Assembly (NCBI RefSeq): GCF_018977255.1
Contig: NW_024704743.1
Coordinates: forward strand, 29,080,001 to 29,144,000
Direction of reading: 5' to 3'
From: Callorhinchus milii
Lineage: Eukaryota
DNA length: 64,000 bases
The notes under the pieces were generated by a model. It was not told where the DNA came from and did no database searches. It saw only the letters and a list, made by a program, of their open reading frames with translations. Numbering within the stretch: the stretch's first letter is position 1; every line of letters begins with the position of its first letter. This document shows, piece by piece, positions 36,950 to 49,269 of this stretch. A program made the position numbers and the translations under genes.

Positions 36950-38600
36950 AAATACCTCGGGTCCCGACGATGATGATGATGATGATGATGATAATGATGA
37001 TCTGCACTGTGCTCGGTGGAAAGGGGATGGTCTGAATCCTGGTTCCATCCACAGATCCGGGTGGGGGAGTGGGCTTAAGGAAGAGAGTTCCTCGGTGATA
37101 GGTGGCCACGTTTTCTTTGGCTAATTAGCCTTCGCAGAAAAGTCCGGCGGGTCTTCCTCTGCGCTTCCTTTTCTTAAAGGGCTTTGCTTCGGGGCTGACC
37201 ACCAGGTGGAGGATGGAGCAGCGATATCTGGGCCACTGAACTCCTGCCAGAAAACCAGAGAGAAAAAAACTTTTTTGTTGTTGCTGGATGCTCGAGGGAG
37301 CGAACATAAGCAGCCGACGTCTGCATCTGCACCGCAAAGCAACAGCAAAGGCCTTTCTTTCGGTGTGAATACGCGCAAGACGCTCACCAAATATATATAT
37401 AGATATATATCTATATATATATATTAATACCGATCTGGAATTGAATCGTCCATGTTTGCTTGGAGCAACACGTCCGAAAATGAACTGACTGTCTGAAGCC
37501 GATTGAATAGCACTCTGTGCCTTGAACGTGTCCGTGGAATAAATGTCCCACGGTCCAGTTGAGCCAAATAGAGCGAAGCGTCTATAAGGGATCGCTATAA
37601 TATTTTTTTTTCTTCTTCTTCGTCTCCTTCTCCTTCTTCTTCTTCTTCTCCTTCTTCTTCCCTCCTCCCTCTCTCCCTCCCTCCCTCCCTCCCTCCGGAT
37701 CTCACAAGAGTTGTTCTCTCGGAAGACATGACGACCGAGACCTCGCAGCAGCACCTGGAGCCCTCGGCGCCTATAAGATCCAGCCCGGCTCCCGGAGTGC
37801 TCAAGTCGGCCTTGATCAGCCAGCAGTCCCCGGCCATGGACACCTCCGCCTCGGCCAAAGCCAAGAAGACCAACGGCGGCTTGAGGCGGCCCGAGAAGCC
37901 TCCTTATTCCTACATCGCTCTGATCGTGATGGCCATCCAGAGCTCCCCCACCAAGAGACTGACCCTGAGCGAGATCTACCAGTTCCTGCAAACCAGGTTC
38001 CCTTTCTTCCGAGGCTCCTACCAGGGCTGGAAGAACTCGGTCCGACACAACCTTTCGCTCAACGAGTGCTTCATCAAGCTGCCCAAGGGGCTGGGCAGGC
38101 CGGGCAAGGGCCACTACTGGACCATAGACCCGGCCAGTGAGTTCATGTTTGAGGAGGGCTCGTTTCGCCGCAGACCCAGAGGGTTCCGGAGGAAATGCCA
38201 GACCCTCAAACCCATGTACAGAATGATGAACGGCATCGGCTTTGCGCCCTCCATCATCCCCCAGACCTTCGACTTCCAGGGTCCGGCGGCCACCCACTCG
38301 TGCCATGCCAACAGCTGCACCCTGGAGAGCGGCCTCAGCATGATGAACAACCCCATCTCAGGGAACTACGACGGTCTCGCCAATGGCCACCACGTCCCTC
38401 ACATGTCACCAAACCCTGGCTCGACCTACATGGCCAGTTGTCCCGTGTCTGCGGGTGGGGAGTACTGTCCCGACAGCAGCAGCAGTCCGGTGCCTTCCTC
38501 TCCCGCGGTGGCCAGCGCCTTGGAGTGTCACTCTCCCTACTCCGCCTCGGCTGCCCCATGGACATCCTCGGCGGGTCACCACTATATTAAGCAGCAGAGC
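36950..38600. promoter_or_regulatory. CpG-rich foxf2 promoter/exon 1 region
   Basis: Abundant CpG. TATA-like TATAAG (37583) and TATAAT (37596) upstream of the ATG. Confidence 0.65.
37603..37697 (+). repeat. (CTT)n/(CCCT)n pyrimidine tract just upstream of the foxf2 ATG
   Basis: Read directly from the sequence. Confidence 0.9.
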
Positions 38601-38709
38601 ATGGCCACCGGCAACCCTGTTCCTTCCAGCCTCCACTCCAGCATGTCCTCCTACTCCCTGGAGCAGACCTACCTGCACCAAAACACGAGGGATCATCCAG
38701 ATATTTCAG
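37728..38709 (+). CDS. foxf2: Forkhead box protein F2, coding exon 1
   Basis: MTTE start. FoxF forkhead domain [37 protein letters not shown]...[33 protein letters not shown]. Donor CAG|GTACGT after 38709 (phase 1). Confidence 0.96.
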
Positions 38710-41418
38710 GTACGTTACTTCTCACTCCACCCCCACCCACCCCACCCCACCCACCACCCCACCCCACCCCACCCACCACCCCACCCACCACCCCACCTCC
38801 AGGTTTAGCCTAGAAAATAGAGAGTGTGCCTTTCATAGCTGTGCTTTCAACTTGTCTCGTAAAAGATGGGGGATCAGCAGCCTTTCGTGTGTCTTTTGCT
38901 GCTTTGAAAGGTCTTTAATGCTTGTTTATGCCATGTTTCATTCCAGATGTGGCGTAGAAGGTTTTAAAAGATCTGAAAATATTGGTTTAAAAATAAAGTG
39001 ATAGGTTGACCTGCAAAGTACGCAGTCGCTAAACTCTACAGTAAAATCATGTGAAGCGCTTCCAGACCTCTCGGCGACGTGTTAAGGTGCAATATCAAAT
39101 GCAAAGAGTATTATTTAGTAAATTGCAAAACTTTGAAACTCAGGCTGAAACATGATGTTTTGCTGGCTACAAATATGAGTTTATCATAATCAATATCGCG
39201 GAAATAAAAAGAGATTTTTTTCCAAAAAAAAGTTGCTTTTCGGCAATCCATTGGCCTCTTAAATATCGCACTCTAAGTTTTGGAACAATTCAAAACGGAT
39301 CGTAGTAAAAACACAAATACAAGAAATGTGTGATAAAAATATACTGTGGTTTTGCAACACTGACCTTAGCGTATGAAAATGAAAGAGAAACTGAACACAT
39401 GATGGACAGAAGTTATGCAATACTTGCGCAGAATAACGCTTTCCCTCAATATAGTCAAATAGATAAAGTAGATTCTCCAATGATAATCGCATATGCATAA
39501 TATTAATACAAACTTCTTACAAAGAGTGTTGAACCTGCGAGTGTATTTTAAGAACAAGAAGCTGAAATAAAGGCAATGGTTGTGATACATCCTTTATGTA
39601 ACGTAAACAGCAGAACCATTTAATTTTCGGAATTGTGTTTAAACCAAGCTGCAAATCTAAGGCGAGCTATATATATATATATATATATATATTTTAAAAA
39701 TCCCATCAGCTGTGCAGAGGTTCCGGCGATTTCATTTAACACAATTGCGATCGCATTCTTTTTTTAAAAAAATAATGCCATCTCACGGGTTATCGCGTAT
39801 CGATTTCTTGCAGCTCTTTTAGCAATTTTTTTTTTTTTTTGGGGGGGGGGGGCCGAAACGGTCAAATAAAAAAACAAACGCCTGCAAGATGCACGTATAA
39901 AAACCATGGCTTTCTCGAGGCAGAACTCTCCAAACAGTGATTTAAAACGTGGGTCGACGGGGTTAACTAAACAAAGACAGTCGCGGCTGGACCACACTGG
40001 AGAGGATTTTAGCTTGACTTAACCCAGATGAGAGCTGATGCTGTTAAACTTTCTGGGAACCGTAAGCCTGCAAACTGCCAACAAAAGGCAGCTGTGTCAG
40101 TCAGCCCGCATAACCCCGACCCGCCACACAGCCATGTGTGTGTGTGTGTATATAATATATAGAGATATATATATATATATATGCCTTGTGTGCGTTATTA
40201 GTTTCCTTGACGCTAATGAAATGAAAGCACTGTTTCGACACAGTGGGGGCATTTGGGAGGTGGTGTGTGTGAGCGGGTGCCCCGGAGGGAGCAGCAAAGG
40301 CCACAAATCACAACGTTTTCGTCTTCTTCGGCATTTGCGAAAAGGACGTTTGCATTTACGCATTTACACGCACGCATTTACATTTGCACATCTCCGGCCG
40401 CGAACGCTATTTTTGCCCCAATTCAATGCCTGATTTTTTTTGGAAACCATATGCCCCTCATTGCTCAGTGGGAAATTTACACAGTACTCACTGATTAACC
40501 GTTGTATGTACTCCATTACGCTTAACTCTTTCAAGAACACATTTCTGTTAGGAAATAATATCTGGGGATACAATACGTCGATGTGTTACTCTATGTTTGG
40601 ACACGGTATGTCAAGCGACTGCCAGGAAGGCGAATTGAATGAACCTTGGTCTTCTTTCGCCTTGCAAATTCTTATGTTCCTAACTATTATTGATCTTGAA
40701 AATCCTATGTAAAACACGGTGGAATACACAACACAATCTGACAGAGTGCAGTCTGACAGAAACGTGTACTTTGTGGCTCTTTAAAGGAATTAAAATAACT
40801 ACTTTAGGAACTTTTTCCTCTCTCCCCAGTGCGAGCTATTGCAGGAGCAAAGTATCATCTTTAAACTGGATATGTGGTTCAAACAGAAACTAACTGGGTT
40901 TCCTTTTTTTTGTGTCAATTGATTGTATGCCTTCTGACTGGGAAAATATACAGGCGAACTTTCAAACCCACCGACAAGCAGTTTAATTGCAGATGTACAA
41001 TTCGATAGTGTCTCAGGCAAAGTTTCATTATTTCAATCAGAATTGGTAATGTTTGTCTGTAGTTGCTCATTACGGACGTAAAGTAATGCTTTGGGGTCTT
41101 TGACAATGTTTTTTTCAATGGCGGGAGCCTTTGATGTTACTCTCAGCAATAAGTTAAATTCTCGGTTTGTTTTAAGGTTCCTCTTCAGGCTGTTTTCTGC
41201 GGAGTTTCCTGCCATGGAGAGCAGTGTAACTCCAATCTCATTAGGAGCAAAGCACAGAGTACATGCACCGCCGGGAGCAACAGTTTCGGGCTCCCAGAAC
41301 GGACTTTAAAGATTTATTGTGACTGGAGGGATTAGGACAAAACCGTGTCAATTCAAACAATGCACTCAAGCGATAAAACAGTCAAAATCACTCATAGGTA
41401 GATCGGCCTCAGCATCCT

Positions 41419-41457
<39 letters not shown>

Positions 41458-42233
41458 ACACGCGTTCCCCTCTCAATCTAATCCCTTCCCAATTTTATAA
41501 TTTACTTAACCTGTGGTTAGTGGGAACATACACACACACACACACAATATATGTAATCGAAGAATTATTTAGGAAAACCGTGTTTCCTATTTACCGTGAC
41601 ATGGTTTAACACTGCTTAGAGAGCTTAACGCACTGTATGATATTTACATTGGCCAGACTCTACCGACTGGGTGAACAGTTAATAGATTAGCGCTGGTAAT
41701 GGTGCGACTTGTAAAGGTATATATTGGGAACCGAGTACTTAATGCCATGACACACAGTAATATCGATGAGTGGGAGAGACTTTTTTTTTAAAATAAGGTC
41801 TATTATCACTTGCATAGACTACTGTGAGCTATGTGGGCAAATCTGTAGTCTCTATGGGCAAATCTAGACCAGCTCCTACTGCTATATGTACGAGCAGACA
41901 AATTACATCCCACATCTGGCAAAAGACAATCAGTCCCTTTACAAAGGCAAAGCAATTTGAAAGCAAAAAAAAAAGAAGTAATTGTTCTGGAGACCTTTAG
42001 TTTAGCAGTGGAAGAAATAGCATTACACACACACACACGCACACAAATCAATTAGCTCTGGTGAGGGAAGAGGTCGTAACGGGAAAGTGGGGGGGGGGGG
42101 GGGGGGGGGTCGACCCACTCTGTAACTTATCTCTTATTTGTGAAATAATGTTGAAATATAAAAGAGCATCAAGTCCTGCGCGAATTGCACGTTTCCTTCA
42201 ACTGTGCGCTACGTCTTTTCTTTCTGTTTTCAG
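38710..42233 (+). other. foxf2: foxf2 intron (3524 bp, GT-AG, phase 1)
   Basis: GT at 38710, AG at 42232-42233, and the reading frame is restored across the junction. Confidence 0.93.
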
Positions 42234-42397
42234 TGGGGATACCTCGCTATCAGACTCACTCCTCGCCGATGTGTGACAGAAAGGATTTTGTGCTGAATTT
42301 TAACGGGATCTCGTCCTTCCATCCTTCTGCCAGTGGCTCGTACTACCACCACCACCATCAGAGCATGTGTCAAGATATCAAACCCTGTGTCATGTGA
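42234..42397 (+). CDS. foxf2: Forkhead box protein F2, coding exon 2
   Basis: Acceptor ttttctttctgttttcAG| ends at 42233. The phase-1 join gives [54 protein letters not shown], matching the FoxF2 C-terminus. Total CDS 982+164=1146 nt (381 aa + stop). Confidence 0.96.
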
Positions 42398-43158
42398 AAC
42401 AGACAGACACCTCTGCAAATCAGCTCCCGTCTACTCCACTTTTTACTTCTATTTTTTTTGATTTATTAATAATATTATTAAATCCAACCCGGGAGTCGGC
42501 ACCATAGAGCTGGAAGTTTAATATAACAAAAAACACTGTAGAAAGGCAACAGGCGAGGTTTCTGATTCTGAAAGCGTGTTGTGGGTTAAATGGCGAATTA
42601 TCTCCGACTTCTTTGATCGATGGAAATAAGAAAGGTTTTTTTGTGTATATATATAAAAAAAAAGCAACTGATATGAAACTAGTCAGTTAGTTTTTTTTCT
42701 GTAAACTATGAAGGAAGTTATGGTGCGGAGGCCAACGGTCTAATAAGTTTACCAGTTAGCATTCAATTGCCATATCAGTATTAAGAACGGAGTGTTTAGC
42801 GCACTGTATTTATGTAACATTTGAGATCAAGCATCAGACTTGCTGACCTTGACATGCTGATGCCAAGTCGTGAAGAATATACAATTTTCCCATTTAAAAG
42901 GATTATAATAAGGCACATGTATACGCGCACATTATGCTTTTCTAAATAATTACATTTGAATATACTTGCACTTGAAAAAAATGTATACTATATGACCTTT
43001 TGTCAAAACCTTGTGATGTAAAAACTAAGTTCAATTAAAAAAAAAAGACTTCGGGAAGGTTGTGTGTTGTACTCTTCTTTGCAACTTTGCCAGAATGAAG
43101 GATTGATCGGTTCCCGTGTAATGCAGTGAGACCAATGTACTTTTACATATATAAAAAA

Positions 43159-43164
43159 AATAAA
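43159..43164 (+). promoter_or_regulatory. Probable foxf2 polyadenylation signal AATAAA
   Basis: AATAAA about 760 nt after the stop codon, at the end of an AU-rich UTR-like stretch, with GT-rich sequence downstream. Confidence 0.55.
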
Positions 43165-44601
43165 CCTTATAAGATCCTTACAGTCGGTGCAGTGTACTGT
43201 TCGGATTGTCCGGATACCTTTTGAAAGACCTCGATTTATTAATCGAAATGTAAAATACCGTTGGTTGCATGTGTTTGCTGAACACCGGGACACCCACACG
43301 AGGGACTCTTGCAATCGCTCAATTTCTGCAACAACGAGGGAAAATTTGCGGTGTGTCGTTGGATATTTGTCGACTGTGATAATTATCACCGCAAATCCAC
43401 CCTAATCGGGGTTTAACTCGAGTTGCTCGCGGGATTGCCCTTTGCAATTTTTTTTTTAAAACACGGACCTTTTTTTATCACAACCCCCAGCGCTCGATCG
43501 CGTAAAGGGAAAAAAAAATAGGAACAAAAAAATCACTTTCGCGTTTTGCAACTGTTTTCAAACGTGGCTGAAACAGTATAATTATATTTTTCCAAACGGG
43601 ATGTTTGACGTCAATGGGCACCTGGATCTGATCAGAAATAGAAACAACTGCCCTGTAGGTGACAGTTCAGACAATGTCACATCTACAGTCCGAGACGCGG
43701 ACTTGCATTGGTTTCAGGATTTTAAAGCAAAGCAGCAAAACAGAGAGACAGCCCAATTGATGTTTTAAAACATTACACCTGCTAGTGAGTGGGGGTTTTT
43801 TTTTGTGTGTGTGTGTGTGTGTGTGTGCAGTTAGTTTGATGGAATCGAGTGTCGGCTGTGGGAAGCCGAGCAGACAGGCAATAATAATAATAATAATAAT
43901 AATAATATTTTGGCCAGGAGAAGGGGCGAGATTGTTTGGGGGAAATGGAAGCAGAGGGCAGGTGAAAAGTTCGAGGAAGAGGAGACCCGACCTCAGGCGG
44001 AAACGGCTCTGATCCGGACTAATTTTTTTAGCCCCTGCCAGATCCATGTCCTTTCAACAGGAGGTGGGGAGCCCGGACTCGCCGGCGTTAGTGACTCTGT
44101 CAGGGCACCTGAACCTTACATTCTTCTTTATTATTTTGAAGCAAAAGTTTCCCCTTCTTTTGAAGTCCCCCCCCCCCCCCCCCCCCAATCAGCCACACCC
44201 GGATTGAATCCATCTGCGATCAGTGTGCGGGTCAATACACGGGTTCATTCATTTCCAAATTAGGATCAGTGAATGTGTTGCGACCCCTAAACCTTGTCTG
44301 AGACCTTCGAAATCCCGTCCCCTGTTGTCAGGCAAAGGATGAAGACTGAACGCTCAAAAATGACTGAAAGCTCATCCTCAGAGTATAACTGATACGATTC
44401 CAGCAGATATTTCATATTTTCTGATCACCTGTTATAATAATGCAAAGATTATTATTATTATTATTATAACAGGGGATCAGCAAATATCAAATACCATAAT
44501 ATAACGACTGACGATGTAACGATGTGCATTGCTCTTCTCGTCTCTTCACTCCACGAGGCATCAGGAAAAAAACACAAGAGTTGAATAAAACGGGAAAGTG
44601 T

Positions 44602-44926
44602 GGAGTCCTGTAGCTCAGTGGTCAGAGCACTCGCTTTGCAAGTGAGAAACCTGAGTTCAATTCCAGGCAGAGGGCGAAACCTTGGGCAAGTTTCCTTACT
44701 CCACACAGAGCCTAATAATAATCCCTCCACAAAACAAAAACAATAATAAAATTGGTCACTTTCAATCTACGACTGTTTGTGGGACATTGCTGTGCGCAAT
44801 TGGCTGTCGCGTTCGCCCACAAATATACAGTCAATTCACTTTACAGTATATTCTATGAAGCGCTTTGGGACGTCTAGAAGACGTGAAAAGCGCTATATCG
44901 AATGCAATGATTATTATTATTATTAT
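44602..44926 (+). mobile_element. tRNA(Ala)-derived SINE, version A
   Basis: Full-length copy. Confidence 0.92.
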
Positions 44927-46564
44927 AAAGACAAAAAGCGCAAGGCGTTAGTTTGTGCCTCAGAGTCAGAGGCATTAAAATTACATGTTACACAAGGTTA
45001 CGGGAAACGTCGTGCAAATAATCCGTTTCCTTTCTGAGTGCACGAAACACTCCTGATGTTAACTGGAAACCTTTTTCGAAAGCTGCACCAGGTTAGACAT
45101 AATCCAAGCGCCGCTGCTCCCAGATTATTATGGGATTAAATTGTGCCATTTTAACGTGCGACTCTCTCTTTTGGATCCTGACATCGACATGTGTTATACA
45201 AAGTGGATCCAACTCAATGCAAGTGCTTGGCCTGCAGTTTGTTAATTTTTCAACGTTAGATTTTTATTTCCAAGGGTGGCAATTATTTATTTTTTTGCGA
45301 CACAAATTCGCGATTTCACTTGATAACCCCCCCCCCCCAAAAAAAAAAAAAAAATCCTCTATGAAATCCTAATGATTCTGTGCTGCTGACCTGACACTTT
45401 CCGCCGGCCAATTTGCAAAAAGAAAACAAAACAAAAAGTTTTTTTTTCCTGCTAATGCGCGATAGTTAATTTTTTTTTGCAACCTTTTGGCAAAGAGCAG
45501 TCCCAGGATTCGGTTTACATTCTGAGGCTCTTCGTAAAAATTTATAGCCGAGGCGCATATAAGCAACTTGTTTAGCTGAGGATGGCCAATAAACAGCAGG
45601 AGGGCCAGGGCTGAAGGTTAGCTCTCAGCACAGAGGCGTGTGTGCTGCTGGCGGAGGGCTAACCTCGTGGCGCCCCCTAGCGTTTGCTTATTGCCACCGT
45701 CAACTGGGGGCGGAGGGGGGAGGTGGGGGGGGGGGGGGGGATCTGCAGCCGGGCAGATGTTTGCAAACTTGGCAAATCGTCCGCATTTATCATTCCGATC
45801 AACACCAGTGCCGTTCATATATGCATATATCTATGCATGTCGCCTGTACATACACACACATGTGTGTGTGTGCGTGTGTATATGTCTATAGATATGTGTG
45901 CAGTTTATCATTATCTGTAACGCTTGTGTGCGACGCTTTTTTTTTTCATTTGGCTTTGCATGTACCCCTCTGGTGTTTGTGCTGTGAATTCATCCCGTCA
46001 GTACCATCCCTGCGACGGAACTTTCCCTTCACTTAATCTTTTGCTTGCCCCCCCCCCCCCCCCCCACACTGCTTGCATTTTATTTCCTTACACGGCCTCT
46101 TTCAGATACGTTAGCCACGGGCCTCTGGTCAATATCAGCGGAACAACCCGAAGCCCATGCTCACAGCCAAATATGCTTTGGTGTTTTGTTTAACCCCTTT
46201 GCAACCATCGCATTGACTTGACATTGCAACCCACCGTGAATTCACAGGTTGCTGCACTGTGTCAGGCACAAGTGATGGAGGGTGGTGGAGTGGTGGGGGG
46301 GGGGGGGGGAGGTTAGAGTGAGATCTAATCCATGCCATGGCTAAGGGTCATTAAGTGATGGCTTTGGGTTGCAACAGGATTCAGGATTTGGGGAACAGGA
46401 CAGCGGAATCCTAACAACCATGTTCCTAACTTGCCGATGTTTCTTGAGGCTTGATCAAGAGGTTATGCTTGAATCAAGATGTCTAGAAACTACATGTAAA
46501 ATTGACCAATCAGTAATATTTGTACTTCGGCGCCTTTAATCATTCAAAATGGACATTAACACAG

Positions 46565-46596
<32 letters not shown>

Positions 46597-49269
46597 TCTC
46601 TCACTCTCTCTTCGATGTACTGTAAGTACAAAAATAAATAGCATATTTTACACATTCGGGTTAATGCTCGGTAGATGAGACAATTAACACAAGTTGTTTT
46701 CATTAGGTGCAATTGTGCAAACATCCCCTGAAATGTCTGGAAAACTGCAGTCACTGGAGAAGCAAAGCGTTGTGTGGCCAGAGCTATGCGTTGAGTTATT
46801 ATCTACACCAAGACTGCTGGACAGTGACAGCAAACTATAGGTGACCCTTCCTGGGTCAAGCACTGAGATGTCAGCAGTTAAGTGCGTCCAATGCATTGAT
46901 GCTAACCCAAAAAATTAAACGGAGAGAAAGCGAGACACAGTACTTCTGATCTGGATGCAGATCCAGGATACAATATCGGCACGAAGTAAAGAAAGAAAAT
47001 GCAGGAAAAGGCAGCAGGCAAGTCGGTATCTGAAAGAAAAGAAAGAGGAAGGTTATTAAAAAGGTGTGATCCTTCATCGGAGCTGGAAGAGTTGCACAGC
47101 AGAAAGTCCTTGCAGTAAAGACGAGGTCACAAAATAAGGACGACGTTCACATGAAACGAATCTGTCAGCTAAACACATCGAGATATCGGAATGGGGATTG
47201 CCAACAACGGTGCCTGCGGGAAATGTGGTTTAGGACAGCAGCAGTTAAAAGTTACAGTCTGTAGGACAGCAATGCTGTTATTTATGAACGCACCGTTTAA
47301 GGAAATGATAAAGTTTGTTGATTTCAGGAATGCAACTGACACGTGTGCTGATCTGCAGGCCACACACGGCTCCTCCTCACAGCCGACCCGAGAGCCACGG
47401 TTTGGGTTAAGATTTCAGGTCTTTTTTGTCACTGGATGTTTGCTGTTGGACTGTCAGACGGGGCTGCTGCTCACTGCTCCAAGCCCACAGGTCAGGGTGG
47501 TGGTGGTGGGTGGTGGTGGGGGGGGGGGTGGTGGGTGTCAGCACCACCTCTGTCCTAAATCAATTGCAAGGAACAGTGAATTATGCACCGCACTGACCAG
47601 GCACAGCAGCAAGACCTGCCAGTCAGCATTCATCCACACAAGTTACATGAACTGAACTGAGATTATCCCTTATAATAATCGAATCGGAGTAGATAAATAC
47701 AGACCGACATGGTAGACAGATAGAAAGACAGATAGCATTTCTTTTTTTTTAAAAAAAAAAGTCGCTCAATTCAATGCACAGTGATTTAAGTTTCATAATG
47801 TCTCAGGAAATTCCCTACCGACGTACAAATTCTCGATGGTGCATGCAACTCGATCGAGCGGAGACTTTAAAAATAGAATGCAAAAAAAAATAATAATCCC
47901 TGGATTGGCTCTCCCGTCTCATCGGGTTGTTGGGACGTCTCGAAGCGCTTCGCAGAACACGCCGCGAAGCAGATCGACTGTATTTTGTGGGCTGTGGCAA
48001 ACGACAGGGATGGGCACTCAAGAGTCGTTAGTGTACAGTGTACCTGCGTCAAAGTTATTTGTAGCACTGGTTGGTACCATTAATCACCCAGAGCGCCAGT
48101 CTGCTGCGGTTACTGGGCTCCCCAATGCGTTGTCATCGTTTGGACACTATTCAGTGATCAAGATGTTTGCTGTTGCCAAACCTGCTCTCAGTTTCTATTT
48201 CTCACTCACATGCCTCTGGGTTTCTGCACAGTATTTTCATCGCAAGACAGTTTGACCTCGCGGTGGGATTGTGACAATATCTGCATAAAAGCAACTCTCA
48301 ATTAAAGACATATTATTGATAAATTGCTGCCAATTTTATCGCTGCTTTATTATGCTTGATCTTTTACTGTTGCGAATAGATTATTTCTGATTATCGATAA
48401 TGCATCGAGGTATGCTTTGATGCATCAGATCTCTGGGACGGGTTACAGTGCAAATTTCTCTTTGAGATGCTTATTTGAAATAGCAGTGGCATCCTCCCTA
48501 ATACGGCAAATGTGATCTGATAAAGGTAACCACTCGGAGGGACGATTTCCGCAATTTAATCACTTGTTTCAGGCTTAGGTTGATATTCAGTTTAGCTGTT
48601 TTACAGCACAAATAGAAAGGTAACGACTCCTACATTCACATTGCATTGTATGTCAAATTCAGAACACTGTCACATGAATGTGTCCGATAATGTGAGCTGA
48701 ACTCGCAAGATTGCGATTATAATGTGCAACGATGTCAAATACTTTCCGAGAACATCAAGCGTTATTACTGCAATGTGTGTTTGTGCAATTTACAATGTGA
48801 CCCTGAATGCAATTTACTGTACTTAGTTCTGAAGGAATTTGCCATATATTGGGCAGATGAAATGTTCCATGCTCCGAAGTGCTAATTGTTTTCACGTCAA
48901 GCGGCATGAAAGTAAAACAAAATTTGTTCAGGGAAAAATGCCACCCACATCGAAACCTCTGCGCACAAGTTTGCTTTATGTACCAAATGTGAACAGGTTG
49001 TTTGAAAGCGCAGCATCGCCATCGTGTGGAACTTTTCAAGTTTGACACATGCAATAAATTGCAAGCAACCACATGCATATGGCACTGCATTCATATAATA
49101 ATCCTTGCATTCGCTTCCTTACCACACTGTCTCAAAAGCTTTCACAGGATTTATCGTAAAGTGACTTCATTTGCAGACAAATGCAGCAGTCATGAAATTA
49201 ATAACCTAATTTATCTGGGGCAATTGTTAGCAATTGTTTTTTTCGAATATTGCCACGGGATATTTACAA

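Noticed and set aside
37125..38306. 393-aa antisense ORF over foxf2
   Set aside because: It is the exact antisense frame of a GC3-rich CDS plus simple repeats (poly-Arg from CTT tracts), with no recognisable domain.
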